NCBI GenBank assembly: GCA_965202585.1
Contig: CBDBBG010000079.1
Coordinates: 1 to 64,000, forward strand
Reading direction: 5' to 3'
Origin: Thalia democratica
Taxonomy: Eukaryota
DNA: 64,000 bases
Shown one piece after another: positions 37,201 through 50,428 of the stretch. A program made the position numbers and the translations under genes. The notes under the pieces are model-generated. The model was not told where the DNA came from and did no database searches. It saw only the letters and a program-made list of their open reading frames with translations. Positions within the stretch are counted from its first letter, which is position 1. The number at the start of each line of letters is the position of its first letter.

Positions 37201-40200
37201 AGAAACTATTAAATTTCTCTAGTTAAAACTTTATTTTAAAAAAATACTTACCTAACTAGCATGAGATTTACATAAAACTTCAGAAAAACCCAAGACAGCC
37301 TTAATCCTCACAAAACCTTTTAAAATTTTGAAGTATCCTTAGTGTATGGCAACTCTGTATTAATCTAAGCATATATTTTCTATAGTTTTTATAAGTACTA
37401 TTCAAACTCTATTTCCATATAAATATACTAATAAAATAACAATTAATGATTAGAAAATATATAATTATAAACAACTTCAATTGTTTGAAATAAAATTTGT
37501 TACTTTGAATTTATATATTACTAATATGTGTTTACAGAGAAGAATTTATGTATTTAAGAAGATTTTAAAACATATGTATTTCTTTTACTTTAAATATTTT
37601 TTTTTATTGTAAGTATAACACTTAATATTAAGTTAAATTTTTAACGAAACAATTTTCAGCATTAAGGAAGAACAGTTACTTAGTATAAAAGTTGTAAAAT
37701 GCTAGTTTATTTTGTTAAATAAAGTAAAATTGATTTATTAAGCATAATATTGTAATTTAAAATAGTTAATTAAAACAATAAAATATTAAGCTTTAAAATT
37801 TAATTTATTTAAATTCCTATCATGATTGTAGGTTAATGAAGGACAAAACTTTCTCCATACTCAGCCATGGATAATAAATGTGAGCACCTACATTTTCTTT
37901 ACTTGAAGATTTTTACTTAAATAACAGTTGAGTTTTAGCCTCAAGTAACTTATAATTAAAATGGCCAATTATGATTTGCCAAATTTAACACCAGGGCTGG
38001 ATATAACTAAAATATTCAAGTTTGTTGCTTGAAATCAAAAAATGTATAAATAAAAACTATAACTTTGTTTTTAATTTTTATCCTAAAAATTTCATGCATT
38101 CCAAAAAAAGTTCTGTGTAAACTAAGATGCACCAGTGTACACTATGACGACCACTGATATAGGCTATATATATTTAAATTTTAACTTTTTCTAAGCCTTA
38201 ACTTTTTAAGTATGCATTTAATTACGTCTATAAAATACACCTAATTAATTTCAACAGATTTGTATCATTTGATTATAATTGATACAATTTTAATAAAACT
38301 TTTTTATCAGGCTTGTTAACTTTTTCAAACTGAAAAAGAATTAGTTTAAAAATTTCTAATTATTTAAAAAATTGCATACAAAACCAACATAGAAGATTAT
38401 AATTAGAGATTGAATTTTCAAATGTAGATCTTATAACTGAAGTAACATTTATTATATATCAATTGAAAAGCACTATTTGTCGAGTTTTCTTAATACTTAA
38501 ATGCTTAGTATTTTTCAATTTATCAAGACTACTATTATTATTTTTAATAAAGTTAATTGTTTAGTTAAAATATTCTTTACAGTATAGAAACACAGATAAG
38601 AAGATGATCTAGATATCATTTAAAAATAAAATACAAAAAGTATGTAGCCTATCTATAGATTTCATGGAAAATATAAATATGCAAAATAGCTCTAACCTTT
38701 TTTTTTATAAACTTGTTTTTTTGATTAAATGTTTATAGAAACTATCTAAAAAAGAGCTGATCAAAACAGATACTTTAAAAGTATAGCTTAACTGAAAAAG
38801 TTTAAAACACAAAAAGACCTATTTTTATATTAGATACTAACTATGTTTCACTCAGAAAAATATTTAAGTTCTTAATTCTTTATATAAAACTTGTAAACAA
38901 AAACAGCAATAATGAAATGTATTAATAATTAATGTTTAAGGTGACTAAGGCTTATTAATAAAAACTAAAGAATCAATTTACCTACTAAATAAAATTGTGA
39001 ATGCTATTTTAATTAAAAAAAGATAGCTTCAATTTAATAAAATGTATTTGTAATTGTGAAGAAAAGTGATGAAAAGCATTAAAAAAACTTAATATACTTT
39101 TAACAGTACCATAGAAGAATTTGCTGTTGACTTGTTGAATAATTTGAATAAAAAAGGCTTAAATGAAAAATTTAGTGAAAACTGACAAATAGTCTAACTA
39201 CTAAGTTAAGTTAAAATTTTTATTTCAAACTAAAAGAGTATTTCAAACTTAAGTTTATAAAATAATTAAAAGAAATTTCACTTTAATAGTTTTAAAACTA
39301 TCTAGTAGTATACAAAACATAATTAGATAAGTTTTAGGTTTTAATACTGCTCAAAAATGTAACAACATTACACTTTTGAAATTAAAAATTAAAACTTTTG
39401 TTTAAACAATAGTACTTACTATTTCTAGAACTTTTGATTTATTCTATCAATTTTAAAAACTATGTTTAGTTATTTCTATAAAATGAATATTTTTGACAAT
39501 CGAAAGACAAAGCAAGGAATGAACTTTTGAATAAACTAAATTTAACAAGTTCCTAACAGAACCTTTACAAGTTTTTTTTTCAGCGGAAATTGTTAGCTAT
39601 TTAGGTTTATCACAAGGTTTATAAAGTAAATTTACTAGAAACTGAATTTTTACAAGTTTTGTCATAGAAAATCAGCAAAAAATAGTTTTTTCTTGTTTTC
39701 CACAAACAAAGTTAGTACATAATGTTGGAAAATGTTTGTTTAGACACCAAATAAAGCTATTTTATTGCAACTAGTGTTTTATATATTATGTTGAAGGTTT
39801 AGTACAAACAAACTAAATAATTTAAATATAGGCTTCCTAAACTAGGCCATGAGCAGCAAAGGGGCTACAGGGGGCATCAGGTCATAATTTAAAACTTACA
39901 CGAGGTATTCTGGATTTTATGATAAAGAGTAAAAAAAAAGGTTTTAAGCGGTTTTATGAGTGCTATAGCTTTTTTACTTTTTTTTCTTTTAAGGGAAAAA
40001 AACTTGGGAAACCCTGATTTAAAAAACTATCCTTACCAACATTCTTAAATAAATATTAAATTGGTAGAAAAAAATCGGATGTGAAGAAAAAAATATAAAA
40101 TGTCTTGGACATGACATTAAACTGTTCTGGTCTGGTGTATGACTCGATAACCAAAAGGTTTTTTGTGCACCAGGTCCTTGGACCAATTTTTTTGAGCTTT

Positions 40201-40542
40201 TTCATCGTTCAATAAACAATATAAACTAAAGATATCTTTTAAGTTTTTTGTTTTAAAGATTGAGTCAGCTTTTTCAATAGATCGTAAAAAAAAATTACAA
40301 GATTTTTTAGCAAGCATGGTAAAGTTATTCAAATTATTAAGGTTAATAACATTTTAATTACTTGAGTTTTTATTTTATTATACTTTTTATTTAATTCTTA
40401 ATGATTCAAATAACTTTTTCATGCTTGCGGCAAATTCTGTTAAAGATTTTTTTTAACTTATTGAAAAAGCTGATTCAAGCTTTAAAACAGAATTTTTTTT
40501 ACTATTTATCTAAAAATTTTGGTAAGAAATAGTTTTCCAAAT

Positions 40543-40794
40543 CAGGGCTTCCCACGTTTTTCCCCCTCTTAAGAAAGTAAAAAGCTATGGCCCCCTTCAA
40601 CAATATTTTTCTAAAGATTACCATTAAAACCGCTTAACAACTTTTTTTTTTTTTTTTTTACCCTTCATCATCAACTTTTGAATATCTAGTGTAAGTTTCA
40701 AGTTATGACCTAATGGCCCCCTGTGGTCTCTTAACTGCCCCCTTTGCTGCTCATGGCCCTTAGGAAACCACTTGGCCCAGATTGGGAAGCCCTG
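40543..40794. mobile_element. hAT-like MITE
   Basis: Perfect 12-bp TIR cagggcttccca ... tgggaagccctg; inverted degenerate sister at ~39830-40017. Confidence 0.65.
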
Positions 40795-42272
40795 CTTTGA
40801 AATGTTTAATTTTTTTGTACTGAACCTTCAACATAATATATATAAAACACTCGTTGCAATAAAATAGCTTTAATTAGCTTCTAACAAATATTGTTAAAAA
40901 TTATGTACTAATTATTTTTTTGTAATACAAGAAAAACAAAATTGCTGATTTTTCGGGAAAAAATTTGTAAAAATACAGTTTTTAATAAAACTACTTTATA
41001 AACCTTGTGATAAACATAAATAGTTAACAATTTCCGTTGAATTTTTTTTTGTAAAGTTTCTGATAGAAACTTGTTATATTTTGTTTGTTGTATAGTTTAT
41101 TCCGTTGCATTATCTTTCTAATGAGTAGAAAGACCATTTTCTACCAAAATATTCATTTTAATAGAAATATCATGATAAAGTTTTCAAAACATTTTAAGGT
41201 CAATTTAAAAATAATAAAATAAATAGTACTATTTTTGAATATACTTTTACTTGTTTTAATATAAAAAGTGTAATGTTATTTTATTCTTGAGCAATATTGT
41301 TATTCAAAAATTATCTAATTATGTTTTGTAAAGTATTAAATAATTTTAAAAGCAACTGTCAAAGTTCTTTTTATTTATTTGTAAACTTAAGTTAATGTTT
41401 TCTAATATAAAACAAGAATTCCGATTTACTTAGTATCTAATTCATTTAGTTTTTTATTGATACCTCATTTATTTGAAAAAATATAACATAATACGTTTTA
41501 TTTTTCTTAGATTTACTTTAGTACTTAGAAAGTAAGGCTTATTTGAAATAGTATCTTACTAAGATAGAATGAAAACAAATTGATAAAAAATCATACTGTA
41601 GTTTAAAGTTTTAAAGTATATAATGACGTGATATCCAATGTTAAAAAGTTAACTAAGTGCTTATGGTATATACATTTGGTATACGGATAAATCTCTTTAA
41701 AATTAAAACAATCTAAAATAAACAAGCGATAAAGATCAAAATTAAAACTACACTTTAAAATACTTAGTATAAGTATTTAAAAAGTCTAGTTTGGTAAACG
41801 AACTTTTTCCGAACTAGACTTTTTAAATCCTTATCTCTATTATAAAACAACTGAACTGAATTACTCTTGATATAGATAAAAAATATTAACCAAAACTTTT
41901 TTAAGATATGGTAAAATTGTTATGTGTATCATTGTGGCATATAGTAAAAATGAAAATAGACCAACTTTAAAAGCTTTTAATATGCTTGTACTTCAATATT
42001 TTTTTATAATTTTTTTTTTATAGTGATCTACAAACATTAAAGATTTGATAAAAACCTATTTTAATCATTGGAATCGTTTTGAAATTTTTAGGATATCGAG
42101 TTAAAAACTCAACTGAAATATGTCTAAAACGCATCAAATAACCATGCTGTGAAAAGAATAGTTAATTTTGTCGGGTTTTTTGAATTTGTATTTAATTTTT
42201 TTGTTAGTAATTATCATTTTTTAAGCTAAAAATGTCTCTATAAAATATAAAAAAAAAAAAAAAAAAAAAAAA

Positions 42273-42310
42273 CGATACCACTTGGATTTGAACCCGCGAC
42301 CTTCTGATCA
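42273..42310 (-). pseudogene. tRNA-derived 3' half (tRNA-Trp-like, B box) followed by a 24-nt T tract, left arm
   Basis: Minus strand TGATCAGAAGGTCGCGGGTTCAAATCCAAGTGGTATCG resembles metazoan tRNA-Trp GATCAGAAGGTTGCGTGTTCAAATC from memory; T stem degenerate, no 5' half. Confidence 0.55.
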
Positions 42311-42342
42311 TTAACAAAAAAAAACTAAGTCAAAAAAAAAAA

Positions 42343-42904
42343 GTTTTACAACCGCTAGATTTAATAGAACTTTATTTACTACCACCACAGACGAATTTCA
42401 ATAAACTTAAAACGACCTAAACAGTTAGCTAAATTATGAAACAATTTATAAATAAATCAATTTGCGTCAAGTCTGACTAACTACTATCGAAAACTAAGAA
42501 GTTTACAACCGCTAGATTTAATAGAACCTTATTTACTACCACCACAGACGAATTTCAATAAACTTAAAACGACCTAAACAGTTAGCTAAATTATGAAACA
42601 ATTTATAAATAAATCATTTTGCGTCAAGTATGACTAACTACTATCGAAAAATAAGAAGTTTACAACCGCTAGATTTAATAGAACCTTATTTACTACCACC
42701 ACAGACGAATTTCAATAAACTTAAAACGACCTAAACAGTTAGCTAAATTATCAACAATTTATAAATAAATCATTTTCCGTCAAGTCTGACTAACTACTAT
42801 CAAAAAATAAGAAGTTTTACAACCGCTAGATTTAGTAGAACCTTATTTACTACCACCACAGACGAATTTCAATAAACTTAAAACGACCTAAACAGTTAGC
42901 TAAA
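42343..42904 (+). repeat. 157-bp tandem repeat, ~3.5 units (left foldback arm)
   Basis: accgctagat recurs at 42351, 42508, 42665, 42822. Confidence 0.95.
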
Positions 42905-44417
42905 ATGTCGGATGGCTTGGCGTTCAGCAAACAGATCCGTCGCTCTACTGAGCACAAAAGATAGCTTTTTTAAAGAAAGTGTTCAACGTTTAAAAAAGCT
43001 TACTTATATCTAATAAGAAAGTCCATTATCGTAAATAGTTAATAGCGATGTATTGTATATTGAAAAGAATTTAGACTTTAAGATATAAAAATTATTTAAA
43101 CCGGTAAACGAATATACTTATTTCTCTTAAAACAAAAAAGAAACTGTTAAAACGTAATAAAACAAATTTATAGATTCAAAGGTTGGAATTTGATCAATTT
43201 TAAATAAAAAATAGCATTAATAAAGTTTATGTTTAAAATAAAAACAAAAATCTTTATAAACATTATAACTAAAACTCATTTTTAGTAGTTATAAGTAATA
43301 ATTTTAAAAGTTTCAATTAAATGCTTTCAATAATTAGTCTTTCAGTTAAAATAAACACAATAAAACTGTTTAAACGTCCTTAGTAGAACCCTTTTCTACA
43401 TATTTAACATTAGTAATTGGTCGAGGTATGGCTTTATAGGCAATTTAAGTAAAGAATATGAGAATAAATGTACTTTTAACGTTTAATAGACACGAAAATA
43501 AAGTTATCGCATCCAAAATTCTAAAATATTACTTTACTACTTAATTAGACAGACAGTTTTCATTTAAAGTTAACAGTTTTAATATAAAAACTAATTATTA
43601 GACTTTTTAGTAACAAAAAACATAAAAACGCTTATAAAACCTCTTATGTAGAGGTTTTTAGCACAAAAATTACAAAAAATAATAAAAATGCAGTTTGCGC
43701 AAGTATAGTATATAAACTTACAATAAATAAACTTTTTAACAGAAACAAAAACACAATTTAAGTGTCTTCAATGTTTTTATAGACAAAGTATTATGAAAAA
43801 ATTCAACTACTGTACTTAACAAAGAAAATTTCTTTTCATAAAATTCTATACCTACAATCCTTATTGACAACATATATTACAATTCAGATAGCTTTATAAT
43901 CCGTAAAGCAGTTAAACTTAGTAATAGTTTGTATAAGTAATTTAATTTTCTATGACAATAAACAATTTAAAATGGTTTGGTAGGCAGTTATAACAACGAT
44001 AATCTTACAAAGTACAAACTTTTTGGTGAAAACAAATACAAAAAAACTTTTTCACACAGGTTTTTATCACATAAACTAGAAAACTAGTTAAAAAGTGTAA
44101 GTTGAGCATGTTTAAAAAAAAAAATTACAATAAATGAACTTTTAGGCTTAAACAACCACAAAACAACATTTAAAACGACTTCAAAGTTAATGTAAACAAA
44201 TTGTTTTAAAAATAAATAAGTTTGTATTTTATGATTGTTTTAAGAATTAGTTTTTTATTTTGTTTATTTTGTTATATTAGCAAAATAGACATTTTGTTAA
44301 TTGTTTTAGCATATATTTCTTTAACTTACATCTAAAAATGTAATTGCAGTGCAGAAAATTTAGAAAAATTTATAAAATATGAAATACATAATAGCTTTAT
44401 ATGCTTGAGTTAAACAA

Positions 44418-44499
44418 GCCGCGATGGCCGAGTGATTAGGGCGCCATGCTTACAATCAGCACTTTATAACCTTTGTGGTTTCAAAACCCACCACTACCA
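44418..44499 (+). pseudogene. tRNA-Leu/Ser-type pseudogene or SINE head (82 nt)
   Basis: GCCGCGATGGCCGAGTGATTAGGGCGCC (A box) ... GTGGTTTCAAAACCCACCACTACCA (B-box-like, resembles tRNA-Leu 3' end), then tattttt. Acceptor stem does not pair. Confidence 0.6.
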
Positions 44500-45354
44500 T
44501 ATTTTTATTAAATAATTTTGATCTGCAGTGCCACCATTTGACTCGAAAAATTTTGAGTCTATATTTTTTGTTTTCTTAAAAGTTTTCTTTTTAAAGTCTG
44601 TAGAGTAACCAGATTAGCTCTGCTGATATAAAACAGGGCTAATTGAAATTACCTGACTGAAATTTAAAATTCACTAAAATAGATATTCTCCATCTTTTTT
44701 AAAGCAATATACTTCAAACAATTTCATAAAGGCAAATTTAAATTGAATGAGAAAAGAAACAAACAAACTTTTACTAATATTTTTATGAAACATTGAAACA
44801 AATTGTTAAATTATAACTTTGTTTATTAAATTCAAGTCATAAAGTTAAAGATTAAAGCTACGTTCTGCCCTGGTGTGTCTTTTAGCAATTTCATTTAATT
44901 CGATAGATCATTTTACTTTTATGGCCGTTTTTATTTCATCATTAAATATTGGCAAAAAAATAATGTAAACAGCCTTTTTAAAAATAAATCGCTAAACTGA
45001 GAAATTTTAAGAAAATGAAAACTATAAACAAACAATAAAAAAAGCATTTGTATACATTAATTATAATATTTACACTGATTAATATTGTAATAAATCGTAT
45101 GAAAAATTAAGCAAGTCGTAAAATAAGTTATAAACTATTTTTATTTTATGACATACCATAAATTGAAGTTCAAAATTCCAGGTTTTTCCAGATTTATATC
45201 TAAAATTTCTAAAATTTCAAAAAATTATACTTTTATATAAGATATCATGTTAAACTCTAAATTAATTAAATTAATAAATTAGTTTTTTAATAATTTCATA
45301 ATTATTTAATTAATTGTTTCAGTGTTGCCAAAAATCTTATAAACCTTGATTTTG

Positions 45355-46710
45355 AGACTTAAGGCTAAAAAACCTGAAAGTTTTGGAAATTTGAGATCTT
45401 GTTGAAACAATCCTGGAAAACCTGGAATTTTGAAACAAAACCACTAAAGACCCTGGAAGGACCCACATTTTGATACTTTAGGTTAAAAAACCTGAAAATT
45501 TTGGAAATTTGAGAAGTTTTTGAAACAAACCTGGAAAAACCTGAGTTTTGAAACAAAACCACTAAAAAACCTGGAAGGACCCACAATTTGATACTTTAGG
45601 CTAAAAAACCTGAAAATTTTGGAAACTTGAGATCTTGTTGAAACAATCCTGGAAAACCTGGAATTTTGAAACAAAACCACTAAAAACCTGGAAGGACCCA
45701 CATTTTGATGCTTTAGGCTAAAAAACCTGAAAGTTTTGGAAACTTGAGATCTTGTTGAAACAATCCTGGAAAACCTGGAATTTTGACACAAAACCACTAA
45801 AGACCCTGGAAGGACCCACATTTTGATACTTTAGGTTAAAAAACCTGAAAATTTTGGAAATTTGAGAAGTTTTTGAAACAAACCTGGAAAAACCTGAGTT
45901 TTGAAACAAAACCACTAAAAAACCTGGAAGGACCCACAATTTGATACTTTAGGCTAAAAAACCTGAAAATTTTGGAAACTTGAGATCTTGTTGAAACAAT
46001 CCTGGAAAACCTGGAATTTTGAAACAAAACCACTAAAAACCTGGAAGGACCCACATTTTGATGCTTTAGGCTAAAAAACCTGAAAGTTTTGGAAACTTGA
46101 GATCTTGTTGAAACAATCCTGGAAAACCTGGAATTTTGACACAAAACCACTAAAGACCCTGGAAGGACCCACATTTTGATACTTTAGGTTAAAAAACCTG
46201 AAAATTTTGGAAATTTGAGAAGTTTTTGAAACAAACCTGGAAAAAACCTGAGTTTTGAAACAAAACCACTAAAAAACCTGGAAGGACCCACAATTTGATA
46301 CTTTAGGCTAAAAAACCTGAAAATTTTGGAAACTTGAGATCTTGTTGAAACAATCCAGGAAAAACCTGGAATTTTGAATCAAAACCACTAAAAACCTGGA
46401 AGGACCCACATTTTGATGCTTTAGGCTAAAAAACCTGAAAATTTTGGAAATTTGAGATCTTGTTGAAACAATCCTGAAAAAACCTGGAATTTTGAATCAA
46501 AACACTAAAAAACCAAGAAGGACCCACATTTTGATGCTTTAGGCTAAAAAATATTGAAAATTTTGGAAACTTGAGAAGTTATTGAAACAAACCTGGAAAA
46601 ACCTGGAATTTTGAATCAAAGCCACTAAAAAACCTGGAATGACCTGGATTTTGATGCTTTAGGCTAAAAACCTGAAAATTTTGGAAACTTGAGAAGTTGT
46701 TGAAACAAAC
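45355..46710. repeat. 118-bp satellite, ~11.5 units, with a 353-bp three-unit higher-order repeat
   Basis: gg(c/t)taaaa starts at 45363, 45481, 45599, 45716, 45834, 45952, 46069, 46187, ~46306, 46424, 46542, 46662; ORF pairs recur exactly 353 bp apart. Confidence 0.95.
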
Positions 46711-46712
46711 CT

Positions 46713-47272
46713 TTTGTTTTTTTTTCTACGTTCAAATTGTTTTGTAAATTTTTCTTTGAATATGTTTTCGTTCAAACCAGACAAATGCTCGTATAATGTT
46801 AAGCTATAACTAAAGTTAAATATGTTTGCTAAATCAATGAATGTAAGCTAGTAATACTGTCACTAATAATAACTAATAAGCATTTTCAAAGCACTTAGAC
46901 TTATTTCAACATTTTATTTCATATCTTATGTTCATTTACGTATAAAGTTGATGTTCTGATTTTTTTTCTACGTTCCAATTGTTTTGTAAATTTTTCTTTG
47001 AATAAGTTTTCGTTCAAACCAGACAAATGCTTGTATCATGTTAACTATAATTATAGTTAAATATGTTTGCTAAATCAAAGAATGTAAGCTAGTAATACTG
47101 TCACTAATAATAACTAAAAAGCATTTTCAAAGCACTTAGACTTATTTCAACATTTTAATTTCATATCTTATGTTCATTTACGTATAAACTTGATAATCTG
47201 CTTTTTTTCTACGTTTCAAATTTTTTGTAAATTTTCTTTGAATATTTTCTTTGAATATGTTTTTGTTCAAAC
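46713..47272. repeat. ~242-bp tandem repeat, ~2.3 units
   Basis: tttctacgtt recurs near 46726, 46968, 47209 with colinear downstream sequence. Confidence 0.85.
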
Positions 47273-47940
47273 CGTAAATAAAGTTCCATTAAATCTAGCG
47301 GTTGTAAACTTCTTATTTTTTGATAGTAGTTAGTCAGACTTACGCAAAATGATTTATTTATAAATTGTTTGATAATTTAGCTAACTGTTTAGGTCGTTTT
47401 AAGTTTATTGAAATTCGTCTGTGGTGGTAGTAAATAAGGTTCTATTAAATCTAGCGGTTGTAAACTTCTTATTTTTCGATAGTAGTTAGTCAGACTTGAC
47501 GCAAAATGATTTATTTATAAATTGTTTGATAATTTAGCTAACTGTTTAGGTCGTTTTAAGTTTATTGAAATTCGTCTGTGGTGGTAGTAAATAAGGTTCT
47601 ATTAAATCTAGCGGTTGTAAAACTTCTTATTTATTGATAGTAGTTAGTCAGACTTGACGCAAAATGATTTATTTATAAATTGTTTGATAATTTAGCTAAC
47701 TGTTTAGGTCGTTTTAAGTTTATTGAAATTCGTCTGTGGTGGTAGTAAATAAGGTTCTACTAAATCTAGCGGTTGTAAACTTCTTAGTTTTCGATAGTAG
47801 TTAGTCAGACTTGACGCAAAATGATTTATTTATAAATTGTTTCATAATTTCGCTAACTGTTTAGGTCGTTTTAAGTTTATTGAAATTCGTCTGTGGTGGT
47901 AGTAAATAAAGTTCTATTAAATCTAGCGGTTGTAAAACTT
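47271..47940 (-). repeat. 157-bp tandem repeat, ~4.3 units (right foldback arm, inverted relative to 42343-42904)
   Basis: agcggt recurs at 47297, 47453, 47610, 47768, 47925. Confidence 0.95.
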
Positions 47941-47970
47941 TTTTTTTTTGACTTAGTTTTTTTTTGTTAA

Positions 47971-48008
47971 TGATCAGAAGGTCGCGGGTTCAAATCCAAG
48001 TGGTATCG
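47971..48008 (+). pseudogene. tRNA-derived 3' half plus T24 (48009-48032), right arm
   Basis: Exact inverted copy of 42273-42310. Confidence 0.55.
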
Positions 48009-49082
48009 TTTTTTTTTTTTTTTTTTTTTTTTATATTTTATAGAGACATTTTTAGCTTAAAAAATGATAATTACTAACAAAAAAATTAAATACAAATTCA
48101 AAAAACCCGACATTTTTCATGGTCTATTTTCATTTTTACTATATGCCACAATGATACACATAAAATTGTACTGGTAAAAGTATAAACTTTTACAGCTGTA
48201 ACACTTATTTGTTTTCAATGTAAATAAAAAATAAACTAACAATATATCTTTTCACCAAAAAAATATACACTTTAAAACGTTAAAGATTATATTTTTTGTG
48301 ATAAAAACTTACATTTAGGCTCTTTCTTCAATAAATACTCTTTATTTATGGTTCAAGATACTTTTGATCTTAAATAATATTTTCCTACTGATTACTAGAA
48401 TTTTTTAGATAAATGCGCCTCTCAATGGTATTTTTCTAAATAGTGCGGCCCGCGAGCAAATAAGGCTGCCGACCGTGATTTAGATCTTTAAAAACTATAA
48501 GATCCACGTAGTTCTCTTTACCTGTATTTGAAATAATTTACTTTTTTGTACTATTGATTATACATTTTAAAAAACTTACATATCAATAGTAAATCGTTTT
48601 ATTAATTACTGTTCTGTTTTACTTCTGAAAATACTTAAAACGTTCTCGCATTTTTAAACAAACTAAATTTTAAGTTTACATTATAAAAATTGTTGTTTTC
48701 TAAAGAATGTATTGCTAGTTTCATCTACTAGGGTGAACATAAAAGAAGAAAAAGTTTTGAAATTTTACAACAGCTAGCTATTCTAAATCAATAGCTACTT
48801 TAAATCTAAGCTATTAAGTACAATAATTTAATATTCTATTTTAAATTTTAAATCTAAACACCAACTTTCTACAAAAATCAAAAATTAGACATGCTAATAT
48901 TTAGTCAACAGACTAGTGAAACGTATAACTTTGTTAAACCAATAAGCAAAACAACTTTTATTGCAATTAAAGAAAACAACTACACAGATAAACAACCATA
49001 ATTTCATGCTTTATTTAGTTATTAAAATTATATCCCCATGAAACTTACTGATGTAGTTCTTTCAGTAAAGTAACTCTTAGAT

Positions 49083-49463
49083 AAGGGTTTCCCAAAGTAT
49101 ACCATTTAAATAACATAAGCTACCAAATTCTCAAAGGGGGCAATATTTTGAAAATTATACTAGTTATACTGAGGTTGTTGGTAAAAAGTGAAAGTAGGTC
49201 TTGGCGTGTTTAAAAGTAGTTTTGTAACTTATACTAGATATTTTGGTAAAACTTCAGTAAGTAAGAGGTTCGTGAGATGTAAAAGGGGAGCCACAAAGCC
49301 ATAATTTGAGGCTTACTTTATATATTCTAGAGTTGATGATGAACATCCAACAAAGATGTTAGGTGTATTCAACATAAGTATTTTGAAAAAATATATTAAA
49401 TGATGCCATAGCTTTTTGGTTTCTTTAAGGGAGCCTCCACAAAAAAAAGTTTGGGAAACCCTG
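49083..49463. mobile_element. hAT-like MITE with 8-bp target duplication
   Basis: aagggtttcccaaa ... tttgggaaaccctg; flanks tcttagat / tattagat (7 of 8 match). Confidence 0.7.
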
Positions 49464-50428
49464 TATTAGATCAAAGATTCCCTAGTCTTATAAATTGTTA
49501 GATATTTCATTTTACATCAGGGGCGTGTTTTGAAAAATAATATTTAAAACTCCTGAATAAAGAAGTAGATTGTTTACTAAAAACGTTTATAAAGCAGAAA
49601 CATAACATGCTACAATTTTTTGATAAATATTTAAATAAAAAACTAAAAAGAAATCAAAATAAGCTAAAGTTTTCTAATTTGCTGGTGTTACACTTGGTAA
49701 AAGCTGAAACTGAGTTAAAATTAGAATTTATCAGTGATGTCATAATGAATTTAGAACTTTTGAGAGCTTTTTGTAATAATACTATTTACAAAGTTACATA
49801 AAGTTTACAAATACTATTATATTTGTATAAATAATCATTATTCACTGTATCAAATTGGAAAGCTAAATTTTACTTCAAAAATGTACAATGCTATTTACTT
49901 AAGTTTTGCTAAAATAAGGTTATTGTAAAAAATACATTTGAGTTCAGCATATTTTTGCTAATTTTATAATAACAGCAGTTAAAATTAGAGATGTAATTAA
50001 ACAGATTCCCGAACGTTTTTAACATTTATGTTTTTTTAAAATTATTTGGTATTGTTCTAAAATTTATCAAGTTTTTTACAATATCTTGACAAATGAAAAT
50101 TTTAGTAAGTTTATTACGGACATAGGGTTTTCAACATTTTTTGAAAAAATAACATTAGCCCTTGTTAAAAGTTATGATACTGTATGGTGCATTTTACAGA
50201 ATATAAAAAATAATTTACTTTTGATATGTAGTCAATTGTAAAAAAAAAAAATCTACAGTTATTTGAAAATTGAAAAGCTGTATGGTGCTATTCAAACTTG
50301 AAAAACAGTGTAATTTTTTGGATTTAAATGTCATTAGAAACATAAAGGGCCACAATATTAGGCCTTTGCTCATTTCAGTATAACGTTTATTTAACACGGT
50401 AAAAAAGTCGAACCACAGACAAAAACGA

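Larger units (their letters stand above)
41921..48162. mobile_element. 6.2-kb non-coding foldback element with long, internally repetitive inverted arms
   Basis: Ends tatgtgtatcattgtggc ... gccacaatgatacacata; arms ~41921-42904 and ~47271-48162; direct repeat aaattgt (41914-41920, 48163-48169; taaaattgt if extended); host sequence matching ~19150 and ~29990 resumes on both sides. Confidence 0.75.

Noticed and set aside
40117-40332. 71-aa minus-strand ORF as a gene
   Set aside because: No recognisable domain, and the frame is not conserved in the homologous block at 3615-3745.
44418-44499. Functional tRNA gene
   Set aside because: Acceptor and anticodon stems do not pair and the T loop deviates; kept only as a pseudogene.
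45365-46174. Four minus-strand ORFs of 73-112 aa
   Set aside because: Generated by the 118-bp satellite; repetitive F/S/K-rich translations with no domain.
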